Counted from the first letter of the stretch, positions 1 to 9,373 are shown. The stretch: 64,000 nucleotides of DNA from Dehalococcoidia bacterium (GCA_965217675.1 OZ244559.1:2756355-2820354), one strand, 5' to 3'. Translations and numbers: made by a program. The notes: generated by a model from the letters alone, not told the origin.

Positions 1-1
1 C

Positions 2-1672
2 GTGGACGAGACGAACAAGCGGCTTGTGGCCTACGTTGTTCCCGCGCCGCAGGCCGCATGGAAGGTCGATGCCAGGAGCGGGACAAGCAAAGACCTGCGC
101 ACCATGTTGGAGCGATACCTGCCCCTCTACATGGTGCCCAGCCATTTCGTGCAACTGGAAGCCCTTCCGATAAATCAGCAGACAGGCAAGCTCGAAAGAA
201 AAGCCCTCCCTGCAACGAGGGCAGCGAGGCCCAAAGCCGCAGAGAGACCACCGCTCCCAATGCATGCCACCGCGGAAGAGCGCCGCCAGGCCCTGCGAGA
301 CCTTTGGGGCGAGGTCCTGAATGTTGACAGCGACTCGCTGCAGGACGATTGGGACTTCTTCGACGTTGGCGGCCATTCCCTGGCAGGCATGGAAATCACC
401 CTCGGCATTGAACGACTGTTTGCGGTTGAACTCAGTGGCGCTGAGGTCTACGAATACCCAACTATTGGCGAGTTGGTCGCATACCTGCAACATAGAGGGC
501 CCAATATGGAATCAAGAGCCTCGCTGGCCGAAGACTCGATACTACCCCCGGAGATCTCACCGAAGGGCGCCGTGAGGGCCACGCGCTTGAGCGAAGCGTC
601 TGCAGTCCTGGTCACGGGCGCAACAGGCTTCCTCGGCGCCTTCCTGCTTGACGAGCTGCTCCGCACCACCGGACCAGACACCCGCTATTACTGTCTCGTT
701 CGCGACCGCACTCCAGGCCGAGGAAGGCCCGGCAACCGAGTGTTGGAGACCTTGAAGTTCTATGGCCTGGCTGGTCAGTCTGAGGGTAACCGCATCATCC
801 CGGTTGCGGGAGACCTCACGCAACCCTGTCTGGGCCTGAAAGATGCCGCGTATCGGGAACTGGCGGACAAGATAGACCTCGTATTTCACTGCGCCGCCTC
901 CGTCAACTATGCCTATCCCTATTCCGCGGCCAGGTCCCACACCGTCGGAGGGACATTGGAGGTGCTCAGGTTCGCCTGCACCGCCACCCCAAAGTCGATT
1001 CAATACATTTCGTCCAACGGCATCTTCCCGGGTGGAGACGATGCCCCTTACTTGGAAAACAACCAGATTGACGGCTTTCTCGACAGAATGGAGGGCGGTT
1101 ACAACCAGGCCAAGTGGGTTGCCGAACGGCTCGTGTGGCAGGCCGCATCTCGAGGGCTGCCGGTCTGCCTCTACCGCCCCGGCAACATCGGCCACCACAG
1201 TGTCACGGGCGCAGTCAATCCGAACGACTTCCTGTCGTTGATCATCAAGGCCTGTGCCCGCCTGGGCTGTGCTCCCCTTGCGCCGGGCTGGTTCTTCGAA
1301 ATGACCCCTGTCGACTTCCTGGCCACCGCCATCGCGAAGATTGCCGGCGATGCCAGTCACTTCGGAAAGGTCTACAACGCCGTCCAACAGCGCCCCGTGC
1401 CCGCCGACCACGTTTTCGCCAACATGGAAAGCCACGGGTACGTGTCGGAACGGGTTCCCATAGAAGAGTGGAAAGCAAGACTGGAAGAAATGGCCGACCG
1501 CGAAGAGGACATGGAGTCGAAAGTCCTGGCCCGGTCCATGGAATCAGTCGAGCCGTACCTGGCCGATACCAGCGCCTACGACATCACCCAGTTCGCCAAC
1601 GCCCTCTCGCAGCTCGGTCTGACGATGCCCGCCGTCGACGTCGACTACGTGACCAGCTTCCTAAGAAAGTAA
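2..1672 (+). CDS. NRPS-like / carboxylic-acid-reductase-like protein (end of A domain, carrier domain, thioester reductase), 5'-partial
   Basis: A10-like TGKLERKALP; phosphopantetheine site FFDVGGHSL; reductase motifs VTGATGFLG and YNQAK (YxxxK). Confidence 0.9.
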   Translation: MDETNKRLVAYVVPAPQAAWKVDARSGTSKDLRTMLERYLPLYMVPSHFVQLEALPINQQTGKLERKALPATRAARPKAAERPPLPMHATAEERRQALRDLWGEVLNVDSDSLQDDWDFFDVGGHSLAGMEITLGIERLFAVELSGAEVYEYPTIGELVAYLQHRGPNMESRASLAEDSILPPEISPKGAVRATRLSEASAVLVTGATGFLGAFLLDELLRTTGPDTRYYCLVRDRTPGRGRPGNRVLETLKFYGLAGQSEGNRIIPVAGDLTQPCLGLKDAAYRELADKIDLVFHCAASVNYAYPYSAARSHTVGGTLEVLRFACTATPKSIQYISSNGIFPGGDDAPYLENNQIDGFLDRMEGGYNQAKWVAERLVWQAASRGLPVCLYRPGNIGHHSVTGAVNPNDFLSLIIKACARLGCAPLAPGWFFEMTPVDFLATAIAKIAGDASHFGKVYNAVQQRPVPADHVFANMESHGYVSERVPIEEWKARLEEMADREEDMESKVLARSMESVEPYLADTSAYDITQFANALSQLGLTMPAVDVDYVTSFLRK

Positions 1673-1834
1673 CCAAAAGGGGTTAAACGTTCACGCGCGG
1701 TGGTCTTGCCGTTATACCCTGCCTACACTTCCAACCGACGCCCCACGGACGCTCGAACCAGCCTGGGTGGAACCCGCTCCTCCTGGAGGCTACACTAGGC
1801 CAGTCCCAGTGAGTCTCGGAGGAGGTACGGGAGC

Positions 1835-3220
1835 ATGACCGATCCCATCGTCGAACGTCTCACGAGTTACGTGGCCGGCCTCGAATACGAGGACCTGCCC
1901 ACCGAGGTCGTCCACCAGGTCAAGCGCCTCGTCATCGACTCCATGGGTTGCGGGTTGGCGGCCAGCGATGCCGCTCCGGTGCGCGCGGCCCGAGACCTCG
2001 CCCTCGAGGTGCACGGTTCGCTGCCGGCCACGCTGCTGGGGACCTCCGACACCACCACGCCGGACATGGCCGCCTTCGTGAACGGCACGATGGTGCGCTA
2101 TCTGGACTTCAACGACTCCTACAACGGCAAGGACATCGCCCACCCCTCCGACAACATCGCCGCAGTGCTGGCTGCCGCGGAGGCGCATGGACGGTCGGGC
2201 CGAGACCTGATCGCGGCTGTCGCCCTCGCCTATGAGGTGCAGGCTGCTTGGGCGGATAGCTTCCACCTCGCCTCCGGTGGCGTCTGGGACCAGGCCGCCT
2301 ACGCCGCCGTCTCCATGCCGCTCGGGGCGGGCAAAGTGATCGGCCTCACGGTCGAGCAGCTCGCGGAAGCGCTGCGCATCTCCGTGGTCAGCAGCATGAC
2401 GCTTGGCGAGGCCCGGCGCGGGACCATCTCCCACTGGAAGGCGGCCGCTGTCCCCAACGCGGGCAGGAACGGCGTCATCGCAGCCATGCTCGCCCGGCGT
2501 GGGATGACGGGTCCACCCGAGGTGTTCACCGGCTCCCACGGCTACTTCGCGGGGGTGACGGGCGCCCCTGTCGAGCTTGAACCATTGGCGCGGGAAGCTG
2601 GCAACGACCGCGCGTTCCGGCTCATGGAGTCGCGCTTCAAGCGATTCCCGGCGGGCTTCGTCTCCCAGACAGCGATCGAAGGCGCGATGGAGGCACGGGA
2701 CGCGCTGGGCATCGCCAACGCCGGCGACATCGCCCACGTCCACATCCGGACATTCGAGAGCGGAAAGCGCATCATGGCGGGCGACCCCACGCGCTGGCGC
2801 CCTGAAACCCGAGAGACCGCCGACCACAGCATCCCCTATGTTGTCGCCTGCGCCCTGCAGTTCGGCACCGTCGAGCCCGCGCACTTCGAGGACGACGTCC
2901 TGCGCGACCCTGTGTTGCTGGACCTTATGCAGCGTATCGAGGTCGTGCAGGATCCGGAATGTGACGCCGCCTGGCCGGAGGCCATCCTCAACATCCTGAC
3001 CGTCCAGACCGCCGACGGCCGCCGGCACACGGCCACCGTCCCCTACTACACCGGCCACTTCAAGAAGCCCATGAGCGACACCAACATCGAGGACAAGTTC
3101 CGTCGACTCACAACCGGCCGCCTGGACGAGTCCCGTCAGCAATCAGCATTGCACCGCCTCTGGCGCCTAGACGAGCAGACCGACCTAGCTCAAGTCATGG
3201 CATCCCTGGCAATCACGTAG
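1835..3220 (+). CDS. MmgE/PrpD family protein (2-methylcitrate dehydratase-like)
   Basis: NGTMVRYLDFND, HPSD, SHWK and RETADHSIPY motifs; GGAGG upstream. Confidence 0.9.
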   Translation: MTDPIVERLTSYVAGLEYEDLPTEVVHQVKRLVIDSMGCGLAASDAAPVRAARDLALEVHGSLPATLLGTSDTTTPDMAAFVNGTMVRYLDFNDSYNGKDIAHPSDNIAAVLAAAEAHGRSGRDLIAAVALAYEVQAAWADSFHLASGGVWDQAAYAAVSMPLGAGKVIGLTVEQLAEALRISVVSSMTLGEARRGTISHWKAAAVPNAGRNGVIAAMLARRGMTGPPEVFTGSHGYFAGVTGAPVELEPLAREAGNDRAFRLMESRFKRFPAGFVSQTAIEGAMEARDALGIANAGDIAHVHIRTFESGKRIMAGDPTRWRPETRETADHSIPYVVACALQFGTVEPAHFEDDVLRDPVLLDLMQRIEVVQDPECDAAWPEAILNILTVQTADGRRHTATVPYYTGHFKKPMSDTNIEDKFRRLTTGRLDESRQQSALHRLWRLDEQTDLAQVMASLAIT

Positions 3221-3257
3221 CCACTCCAACCCCCCGTCGCAGGCGCCATTCGCGCCC

Positions 3258-3610
3258 CCGTTCGCCCTGAGCCTCTCGAAGGGGGCCGCCCCACCGCCAA
3301 CAGCGCTTGTCGCCCCCAACCCCCCCAACGCGTCATTCCTGCGAAGGCAGGAATCCAGAGGGGCGGGGCGTGCCCACCACCAACCCCCATCGCATCCCCG
3401 ACTCCACCGATGCAGGATTCGCAATTCCGTTCGCCCTGAGCCTGTCGAAGGGTCGCCCCCCACCAGCAGCGCTTGTCGTTCCCGAACTCCCTCACCGTCG
3501 CTCCCACGAAAGCGGGAACCCAAGGCAGGGGCGCTGCGCAGTGGCGTCTCCGTCTCTCGTAGTTCCCCCACTCCCCTCATCGTCGTACCGGCGAAAGCCG
3601 GTATCTAGGG
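3258..3610 (+). repeat. Mosaic of short palindromic repeats (modules B-D-A, twice)
   Basis: Module B CCGTTCGCCCTGAGCCT(C/G)TCGAAGGG at 3258-3283 and 3427-3452; module D CAGCGCTTGTCG after each; module A CGTCATTCCTGCGAAGGCAGGAATCCAG from 3331, with degenerate copies near 3496 and 3581. Confidence 0.9.
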
Positions 3611-3734
3611 GTGCGAGGCCGCCAATGGCATCATCGAGAGTCTCCGCCATAGCCTTAATCGGTCATTGCTGTGGGTGGATTAAGGCGCAGAAGTGCGGAA
3701 TGAGGGTCTTGGCGATACCGTAGAACAATCGACT

Positions 3735-5138
3735 CTAGCTTTGTGGGAGTATGCCCCTACTTTGAAGTTGAACCAATAGGTACTCTTGCACTCTGTCTCC
3801 CTTTATGCGGTTGCAGTGAGAGCACAGAATCTGCAAGTTTCCGATGTGATCCGAACCCCCTCGTGATTGTGGCACGATGTGGTCAACTTCAAAGAGGCGG
3901 TATGGAAACTCTCCCCTGCATCCTGCACAACGTCCTTCTTGGAGGCCAAAGAGGACGTGTTTGTTCTCCCTATAGTTTATGGGTGCGTCGATATCTGTTC
4001 GTCGTGGTATGTCATTTCTGACGGTCACGAGTCTATCGTGAAATAGACTGCCAATGCCTTGAGGAGCAGGTTGCCTAAGCCGCTCCCCGACCAATTCAAC
4101 GGCCTTCGGTGAAATGTCTATCCCGACCCATTGCCTATCCAGTTTTTCGGCGGCGACACAGGCAGTTGCGCACCCGCAGAATGGGTCAAGAACCATGTCT
4201 CCGGTGTTGCTACTTGCGGCAATAATTCGCTCCAAGAGAGCCAGGGGCTTCTGTGTTGGATAGCCTGTGCGCTCTGGCGATTGGGCTTGTATAGGTTTAA
4301 TGTCTGTCCAGATTGTGTCTATCGGATTCCCTTTCATTTCATCAAGATAACGTTTCAAGACCGGCACGGACCCCGGCCTTTGTTGTAGGACCAGCCCATT
4401 ATCATAGGCCTCCTTCATTCGCTCTCTTGTCCAGCGCCAGACCCTAGTCACGCCGAGAAACTCGTAGGTTAGGTTTGGTCTATTAGGATTTGGATTTGTC
4501 AGATCACCTAAGCGGTATCGACGGCCCGAACCGGGTTCGGTAAACCGGTAGAATTTGTCCACATAAGTCTGATCATGTGGCCCATAGGGACGCTGCCACG
4601 CAAAGCGGTCGCTCTTGCTGTAATAGAGCAATACGTCAGCATTGTTGGGGTAACCCTTAAACGCAAGTCCCTTGGCGTTGGTTCGCCGCCAAGTGATATC
4701 GCTCCGGAATTGCCCGGAGCCAAAGACCGCGTCCATCAGCAACTTGAGATAGTGGCTGGCATATGGGTCACAGTGAAGGTAGATGGAACCTGTGTCCTTT
4801 AATACGCGCCACATCTGAAGCAAACGCACTGCCATCATTGTCAGGTAGGACTGCATACCCTTGCCGTGAACTCTTCCTGCCGTGTCCAACAATTTCGCGA
4901 TTGAGGCGTGTTCTTCTGCAATTAGGCCCATCCAGGCGACGTCAAGATCCGAGAGAGTCCAAGTGTCCTTGAAGGAAGCGCCTGCTGCGCGACTTCCAAC
5001 CGGTGCCTCGTAATCCCGATTGCTATTAAAGGGTGGATCAAGATAAATGAGGTCCACGGTCTCAGAGTTCATTCCCCTGAGAATATCGAGGTTGTCGCCA
5101 GTCCAAATAGTCTTGTTCGAGTAGTTGGGGGTTGCCAT
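3735..5138 (-). CDS. Beta-class N6A/N4C DNA methyltransferase fused to C-terminal HNH endonuclease
   Basis: IYLDPPF precedes YPTQKP and VLDPFCGCAT; C-terminal CAGC...VDHIVP..GG..NLQILCSHCN; lower GC than flanks. Confidence 0.9.
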   Translation of the reverse strand: MATPNYSNKTIWTGDNLDILRGMNSETVDLIYLDPPFNSNRDYEAPVGSRAAGASFKDTWTLSDLDVAWMGLIAEEHASIAKLLDTAGRVHGKGMQSYLTMMAVRLLQMWRVLKDTGSIYLHCDPYASHYLKLLMDAVFGSGQFRSDITWRRTNAKGLAFKGYPNNADVLLYYSKSDRFAWQRPYGPHDQTYVDKFYRFTEPGSGRRYRLGDLTNPNPNRPNLTYEFLGVTRVWRWTRERMKEAYDNGLVLQQRPGSVPVLKRYLDEMKGNPIDTIWTDIKPIQAQSPERTGYPTQKPLALLERIIAASSNTGDMVLDPFCGCATACVAAEKLDRQWVGIDISPKAVELVGERLRQPAPQGIGSLFHDRLVTVRNDIPRRTDIDAPINYRENKHVLFGLQEGRCAGCRGEFPYRLFEVDHIVPQSRGGSDHIGNLQILCSHCNRIKGDRVQEYLLVQLQSRGILPQS

Positions 5139-5371
5139 CGAATCACCAGCCCTCTTATTGCATTCAGATATCTATCAGAAACTGGTCCGCACCCACCAAG
5201 GCTGCGCAAGTTTCGTTTCCCTGTGTCGCGACAGTGCCGTGACACGTTTCAATTGGGCGCTTGGTAGCCATCGCAGTCTTGCTGCGCCCAGTTATTGCCT
5301 GATTGCCGATTGTACACTACTCGGACTCGTCGCTAGCTAGGAAGGCTAAAGCTCAGAAAGGCCCCCCCACA

Positions 5372-5750
5372 CCCTGACACCACCCCCTTCCCCCCAAGCC
5401 CCGCCCCCCGCTACCCTCCCCCCATGGCACACGCACGCAACCTCCTCGAACAGCCCTTCGCCCCCACGGTTCACATCGATGAACGCGTCCGGTACGGCTC
5501 CCCAACAGCAGGCATTTGTTTCAACACCGCGGAGTGTTCTTGCCTTAGATTTGTAGCTGCAATGCGTCACCGCCAATACAAAGCGATTGCCAGGACAAGG
5601 TTTCCTCAGCTACGAATTGCCAGGACAACAAGGATTCCCCCAGCTACGACGCCCCGTGAAAACGATCGCTCAAAAACGCTCTCCCGCACCCTCGACGGCG
5701 GCGCAACGCCACCCTCTGCAGCGGGCCAGACGGGCATGACAGGAGAGGTG
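5372..5750 (+). repeat. Dispersed element copy 1 (promoter-like head, palindrome, 34-bp-spaced half-sites)
   Basis: CCCTGACACC 5372, TACCCT 5412-5417, ATG 5424, TTTGTAGCTG 5550, CCAATACAAA 5573, CAGCTACGAA 5607, CAGCTACGAC 5641; aligns by eye with copies at 27 kb and 36.6 kb. Confidence 0.85.
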
Positions 5751-5868
5751 GAACACAGTGTGGAGGGAGACCCGTGGCAACAGCGCGGAGACACTACCAG
5801 TGGAGGGAAACCCGTGCGCCCCGAGCCTGCCAAGAGCCCGACCCGCACTCGATGCCAGCGCGCAACCC

Positions 5869-6159
5869 CTACCGCCGTCCCCGCCCTCGACGCCGTCGGC
5901 GCGCAGGCGCGTCCGTCGCGTCCGGGGCTCCAGGGCCCTCTGCCGCCTCCGCAGTGCGGGCCATCACCCGCCCGCTCAGCCGGCGCGCCACCATGTGCAG
6001 CGGCAGCCCCACCACCACCATCAGGCCCAGGAAGATTGCCGCCTCCAGCGCGCCCTTGTACCCGAACCCGTCCCTGAAGAGGACGTACGCAGACGCCATC
6101 AGGCAGAAGAAGACCACCAGCCAGAAGAGCGTCCCGGTGAACAGCGCAAGGAAGGCCAT
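5869..6159 (-). CDS. Small two-TM membrane protein
   Basis: Two hydrophobic segments and a basic tail; directly downstream of the IMPase gene. Confidence 0.65.
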   Translation of the reverse strand: MAFLALFTGTLFWLVVFFCLMASAYVLFRDGFGYKGALEAAIFLGLMVVVGLPLHMVARRLSGRVMARTAEAAEGPGAPDATDAPARRRRRGRGRR

Positions 6160-6175
6160 CGGTCCTCCGGGTCGC

Positions 6176-7108
6176 CTAAGAGGTCGAGCCGCTGCGCTTG
6201 CGGCTCCGCAGCGCCTGCTTGGCGCCCCGCACCACGCGAGTGCTCAGGGGCAGTGGCAGCAGCCCCTCCTGCACAAACCGCACCATGTCGGCGTTGCCGC
6301 ACAGCACCGTCTGCCGCCAGTCCCGGAGCTGCTTGGTCGCGTCGCCGTTGGCAGAGTCGCTCAGGAAGGAGGTCAGCGGTCCCCAGCCCTCACGACTGCG
6401 ACTGACGACCGCCCCGCCGGCCTCTTGCACCAGCACGACGCCCGCCGCCACGTCCCACGAGTGCGGCGCGCCGTGCAGCGTGAATTGGTACGTCCCGTCG
6501 GCGGTCAGAGCCAGCTCGTACGCCGTGCTGCCCACGGAGCGCTGCTGTCCCGCGTTCTTCAGCAGCTCCTTGCTCGGCCTAAAGCGACCGGGGATGAAGC
6601 CCCCCCGAACGGTAACCCGCCCCGCGACAGGCTTCTCGCCCGGCGCCACCTGCAGGCGGACCTCCCCCTCCCAGGCCCCGCCGCCGCGACGAGCGTGGAA
6701 GACGCGTCCCCCGGGCGTGTCGGGCCACGGCAGGAAGATCGCCCCCACCACGGGTTCGCCGTGCTCCACCAGCGCGATCGAGCAGCAGAACGACGGCAGT
6801 CCGTTGGCGAAGTTCGTGGTGCCGTCCAGCGGGTCAACGACCCATGTCAGCCCACCTTCGCCGGCGGCCCGCCCCTCGCCCTCCTCCCCCACGAAGCCGT
6901 GCTCCGGGAAGCGCGCCGCCAGCTCGTTCGAGAGGAAGGTCTCGGCGGTGCGATCGGCCTCCGTGACCGGGTCGCGCCAGCCCTCCTTGTCCTTGTACTC
7001 CACGGCCATGGGGCGCTGGAACCGCTCCATCAAGAGGCCGCCCGCCTCCCGCACCAGCCGCACGGCGCAGTCCTCAGCTTCCTTGAGCCACGGGGGAGAT
7101 TCCGGCAT
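6176..7108 (-). CDS. suhB: Inositol monophosphatase family (SuhB-like)
   Basis: VTEAD, GEE, WVVDPLDGTTNF and WDVAAG motifs. Confidence 0.85.
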   Translation of the reverse strand: MPESPPWLKEAEDCAVRLVREAGGLLMERFQRPMAVEYKDKEGWRDPVTEADRTAETFLSNELAARFPEHGFVGEEGEGRAAGEGGLTWVVDPLDGTTNFANGLPSFCCSIALVEHGEPVVGAIFLPWPDTPGGRVFHARRGGGAWEGEVRLQVAPGEKPVAGRVTVRGGFIPGRFRPSKELLKNAGQQRSVGSTAYELALTADGTYQFTLHGAPHSWDVAAGVVLVQEAGGAVVSRSREGWGPLTSFLSDSANGDATKQLRDWRQTVLCGNADMVRFVQEGLLPLPLSTRVVRGAKQALRSRKRSGSTS

Positions 7109-7279
7109 TCGTCACCTTCTAGGGTCTACCCGGCCAAGGGGCCAAGTGTCGCTATGGTACACACACCAGAGCCCGCCTGCCACCGGCGAGGGACACGGGA
7201 GGGGTGTGCGCCCCTTGCCCGGACGGCTATAATGGAGTTATTGAATTCAGGGCGAATGGACGTCCAGGGGGGTGCTCCC

Positions 7280-7426
7280 ATGGCAGATCAGGAGGCCAAG
7301 GACAACGAGGGCCAGCCGGAGGCGCAGGATCACCGTAAGCCGGCCGACGGGGACATGCCCAAGACCCCACCCGAAGCCTGGAAGCCAAGGGTGCCCAATG
7401 AGGTTGTGTACATAAAGGGAGTTTAG
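7280..7426 (+). CDS. Small hypothetical protein (48 aa)
   Basis: ATG after a G-rich RBS-like stretch, TATAAT upstream; no recognisable motif. Confidence 0.4.
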   Translation: MADQEAKDNEGQPEAQDHRKPADGDMPKTPPEAWKPRVPNEVVYIKGV

Positions 7427-7440
7427 GTGCCCCGCGCGCT

Positions 7441-7902
7441 TTAGCGAATTTGAAGGACTCCCCAAATCACCAAAAGGGCGAGTTCTGCGGCCAAGACTCC
7501 GGCCATCACCAGTGCGCCCTTTATCTTTGCATTGACCAGCCCTAGGTTGTGGTCAAGATCCTTGTTCGCCCACCATATAGACGATCGCTTGAACTCTTCA
7601 ACATCCAGCTCCAGCCATCCGCTAGCAAGATCGTGGGGTCTTGCTAGCCGGAGTACCCCCATGGAAGCCGAGACTAAACCGATGACAATGTTCAGGACGG
7701 CAAGCGCAACGGCGGCGTAGAACCAGTACGACGCAAAGCTGATCCCGTTGGACGCGACCGCCGCCAGCGCTGGTCCGGTGAGCAGGAAGCTGCCGGAGAA
7801 AACCATGAGGGCCTGTATGCGGTTCTGAACGGCGTCGAGCCGCTGCACGACCAGCGCGTAGAACGCCGGAATCATCTCATACGTCAGGTCGAGGCTGGTC
7901 AT
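7441..7902 (-). CDS. Three-TM membrane protein, Pycsar-effector-like topology
   Basis: RLDAVQNRIQAL, two TM helices, soluble loop, N..VNAK, final TM; AGGAGG RBS. Confidence 0.6.
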   Translation of the reverse strand: MTSLDLTYEMIPAFYALVVQRLDAVQNRIQALMVFSGSFLLTGPALAAVASNGISFASYWFYAAVALAVLNIVIGLVSASMGVLRLARPHDLASGWLELDVEEFKRSSIWWANKDLDHNLGLVNAKIKGALVMAGVLAAELALLVIWGVLQIR

Positions 7903-7948
7903 CGGCTGGCGGTCCTCCTTCTCCGTGCGCCTCGTCCCCCATCATACG

Positions 7949-8881
7949 CTACGGCAGGCAGACCCGCATCGAGCCCCCCTCGCCGTGCACCGCGACGAGC
8001 CCGTCCCGAGCCAGCCCCTCCAGCAGCCCCAGCAGCCAAGGCGCGTCGGCGACCGAGTATCCGGGCCGCACGGCATCGCCCAGCTCGACCAGCCCGCACG
8101 ACTCCCCCTCGACAAGGCCGCGCAGGTGCGCCACAACCCGACCACGGAAGTACCGGCTCGACCCCTCGAACCGCTCCGTCTTGGCCCGGTACACCGCCCG
8201 CCCCTCCGCGACAGCGGCGGCAGCAGGCGCCTCGTCCTCGAAGGCCCCCGCGCCCCGGCACGCCGAGCGCACAGGGCACAGCAGGCAAGTCGGCCGCCGC
8301 GACGTGCAGACCGTCGCGCCCAGGTCCATCAGCGCCTGGTTCCACGCCCACGCCTTGCCCTCTGGCAGGACGCGATCAGCCGTCTCCGCCACCTCGCGGT
8401 CCGTCGGCGTCGACGGCCAGTGGAAGACCCGCCCCAGCACCCGCCGCACGTTGGTGTCGACGACCGCCACCTGCCGCCCCTGCGCGAAGCAGGCCAGCGC
8501 GTTCGCCGTGTACTCCCCCACGCCCGGCAGCGACCGCAGCGCCTTGGGGTCGGTGGGCAGCGCGCCGCCGTGCCGCTCGACAACCGCCTGCGCGGCCCGC
8601 TGCAGGTTCAGCGCCCGCCGGTTGTATCCCATGCCCGCCCACGCCCGGATGACCTCGCCGGCGGGCGCCTCCGCCAGGCTCTCGAAGTTGGGGAACCGGC
8701 GCAGGAAGGCGTGGTAAACGGGGATGACGCGGTCAACCTGCGTCTGCTGGAGCATGACCTCCGACACGAGGATGGCGTAGCCGTCGGTCGACCCCCGCCA
8801 CGGCAGCCGCCGCCCCGTCGCGTCAAACCACGACAGCAGCGCAACCTGCACCTCCGCGACGGCCTCCTCAGCGATGTCCAC
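7949..8881 (-). CDS. mutY: A/G-specific adenine glycosylase
   Basis: LPWR, VSEVMLQQTQV, LPGVGEYTA, VDTNVRRV, NQALMDLG, and 4Fe-4S motif CTSRRPTCLLCPVRSAC. Confidence 0.93.
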   Translation of the reverse strand: MDIAEEAVAEVQVALLSWFDATGRRLPWRGSTDGYAILVSEVMLQQTQVDRVIPVYHAFLRRFPNFESLAEAPAGEVIRAWAGMGYNRRALNLQRAAQAVVERHGGALPTDPKALRSLPGVGEYTANALACFAQGRQVAVVDTNVRRVLGRVFHWPSTPTDREVAETADRVLPEGKAWAWNQALMDLGATVCTSRRPTCLLCPVRSACRGAGAFEDEAPAAAAVAEGRAVYRAKTERFEGSSRYFRGRVVAHLRGLVEGESCGLVELGDAVRPGYSVADAPWLLGLLEGLARDGLVAVHGEGGSMRVCLP

Positions 8882-8963
8882 GTCCGGCGTCCCTCCCGCT
8901 CTCAGGGTTGCGCCCGAGTGTAGGGTCGCTGGCGACGCCGCACAACGGGGCGGACCGCCCTCC

Positions 8964-9036
8964 CCCGTTCGTCCTGAGCCTCCACCCCCGTGCGCCCTGA
9001 GCCCCCTCCCCCGTTCGTCCTGAGCCTGTCGAAGGA
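8964..9036 (+). repeat. Module B repeat, one full copy and two partial copies
   Basis: CCGTTCGTCCTGAGCCTGTCGAAGGA at 9011-9036, preceded by two CCGT.CG.CCTGAGCC partials. Confidence 0.8.
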
Positions 9037-9059
9037 CAGGGCGGCCATGACATCTCAGC

Positions 9060-9089
9060 TTGACACTCCCATAGCCGCGATGCTACATT
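9060..9089 (+). promoter_or_regulatory. Sigma70-type promoter of the tRNA pair
   Basis: TTGACA-N18-TACATT with extended -10 TG, about 30 nt upstream of tRNA-Lys. Confidence 0.7.
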
Positions 9090-9118
9090 CAGCTATGGAA
9101 CGCCCACCACATTTTCGT

Positions 9119-9192
9119 GGCCCGCTAGCTCAATTAGGCAGAGCAACTGACTCTTAATCAGTGGGTTCTCGGTTCAAGTCCGAGGCGGGTCA
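9119..9192 (+). tRNA. tRNA-Lys(CTT), CCA not encoded
   Basis: Acceptor GGCCCGC/GCGGGTC; anticodon arm ACTGA-CTCTTAA-TCAGT; T-loop GGTTCAAGTCC. Confidence 0.95.
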
Positions 9193-9233
9193 CTCCCCCA
9201 CAAATGCACCAGCATGCGTCCACCGATGCCGAT

Positions 9234-9318
9234 GGGGATGTGTCGGAACTGGCAGACGAGCATGACTTAGGATCATGTGCCCAACGGCGTCCGGGTTCGA
9301 GTCCCGGCATCCCCACCA
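9234..9318 (+). tRNA. tRNA-Leu(TAG)
   Basis: Acceptor GGGGATG/CATCCCC-ACCA; anticodon arm CATGA-CTTAGGA-TCATG; long variable arm; GGTTCGAGTCC. Confidence 0.95.
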
Positions 9319-9373
9319 AGGCGCACCTCAAGGCAAGGCGCTTCGACCGGCGCGACAGCCCTCTCCCCGTGCG

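Noticed and set aside
3652-3686. GCCTTAATC...GATTAAGGC inverted repeat as an integron attC after the MTase-HNH gene
   Set aside because: Only 35 nt, no RYYYAAC/GTTRRRY match, no L boxes, no integrase, and no similar site after other accessory genes; more likely a simple hairpin.
5573-5650. 34-bp periodic motif as a mini-CRISPR array
   Set aside because: The conserved unit is only about 10 nt, the period is far below CRISPR repeat-plus-spacer length, the spacers are homologous between loci, and no cas genes are present.
5760-5816. GTGGAGGGA(G/A)ACCCGTG twice at 40-bp spacing
   Set aside because: Only two copies and not seen in the other element copies; probably a local duplication.
5424-6077. 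217-aa ORF (and 36212-36688 on the minus strand) as real proteins
   Set aside because: Both run through the repeat array and overlap convergent genes by about 200 nt with low-complexity tails; only their starts are treated as meaningful.
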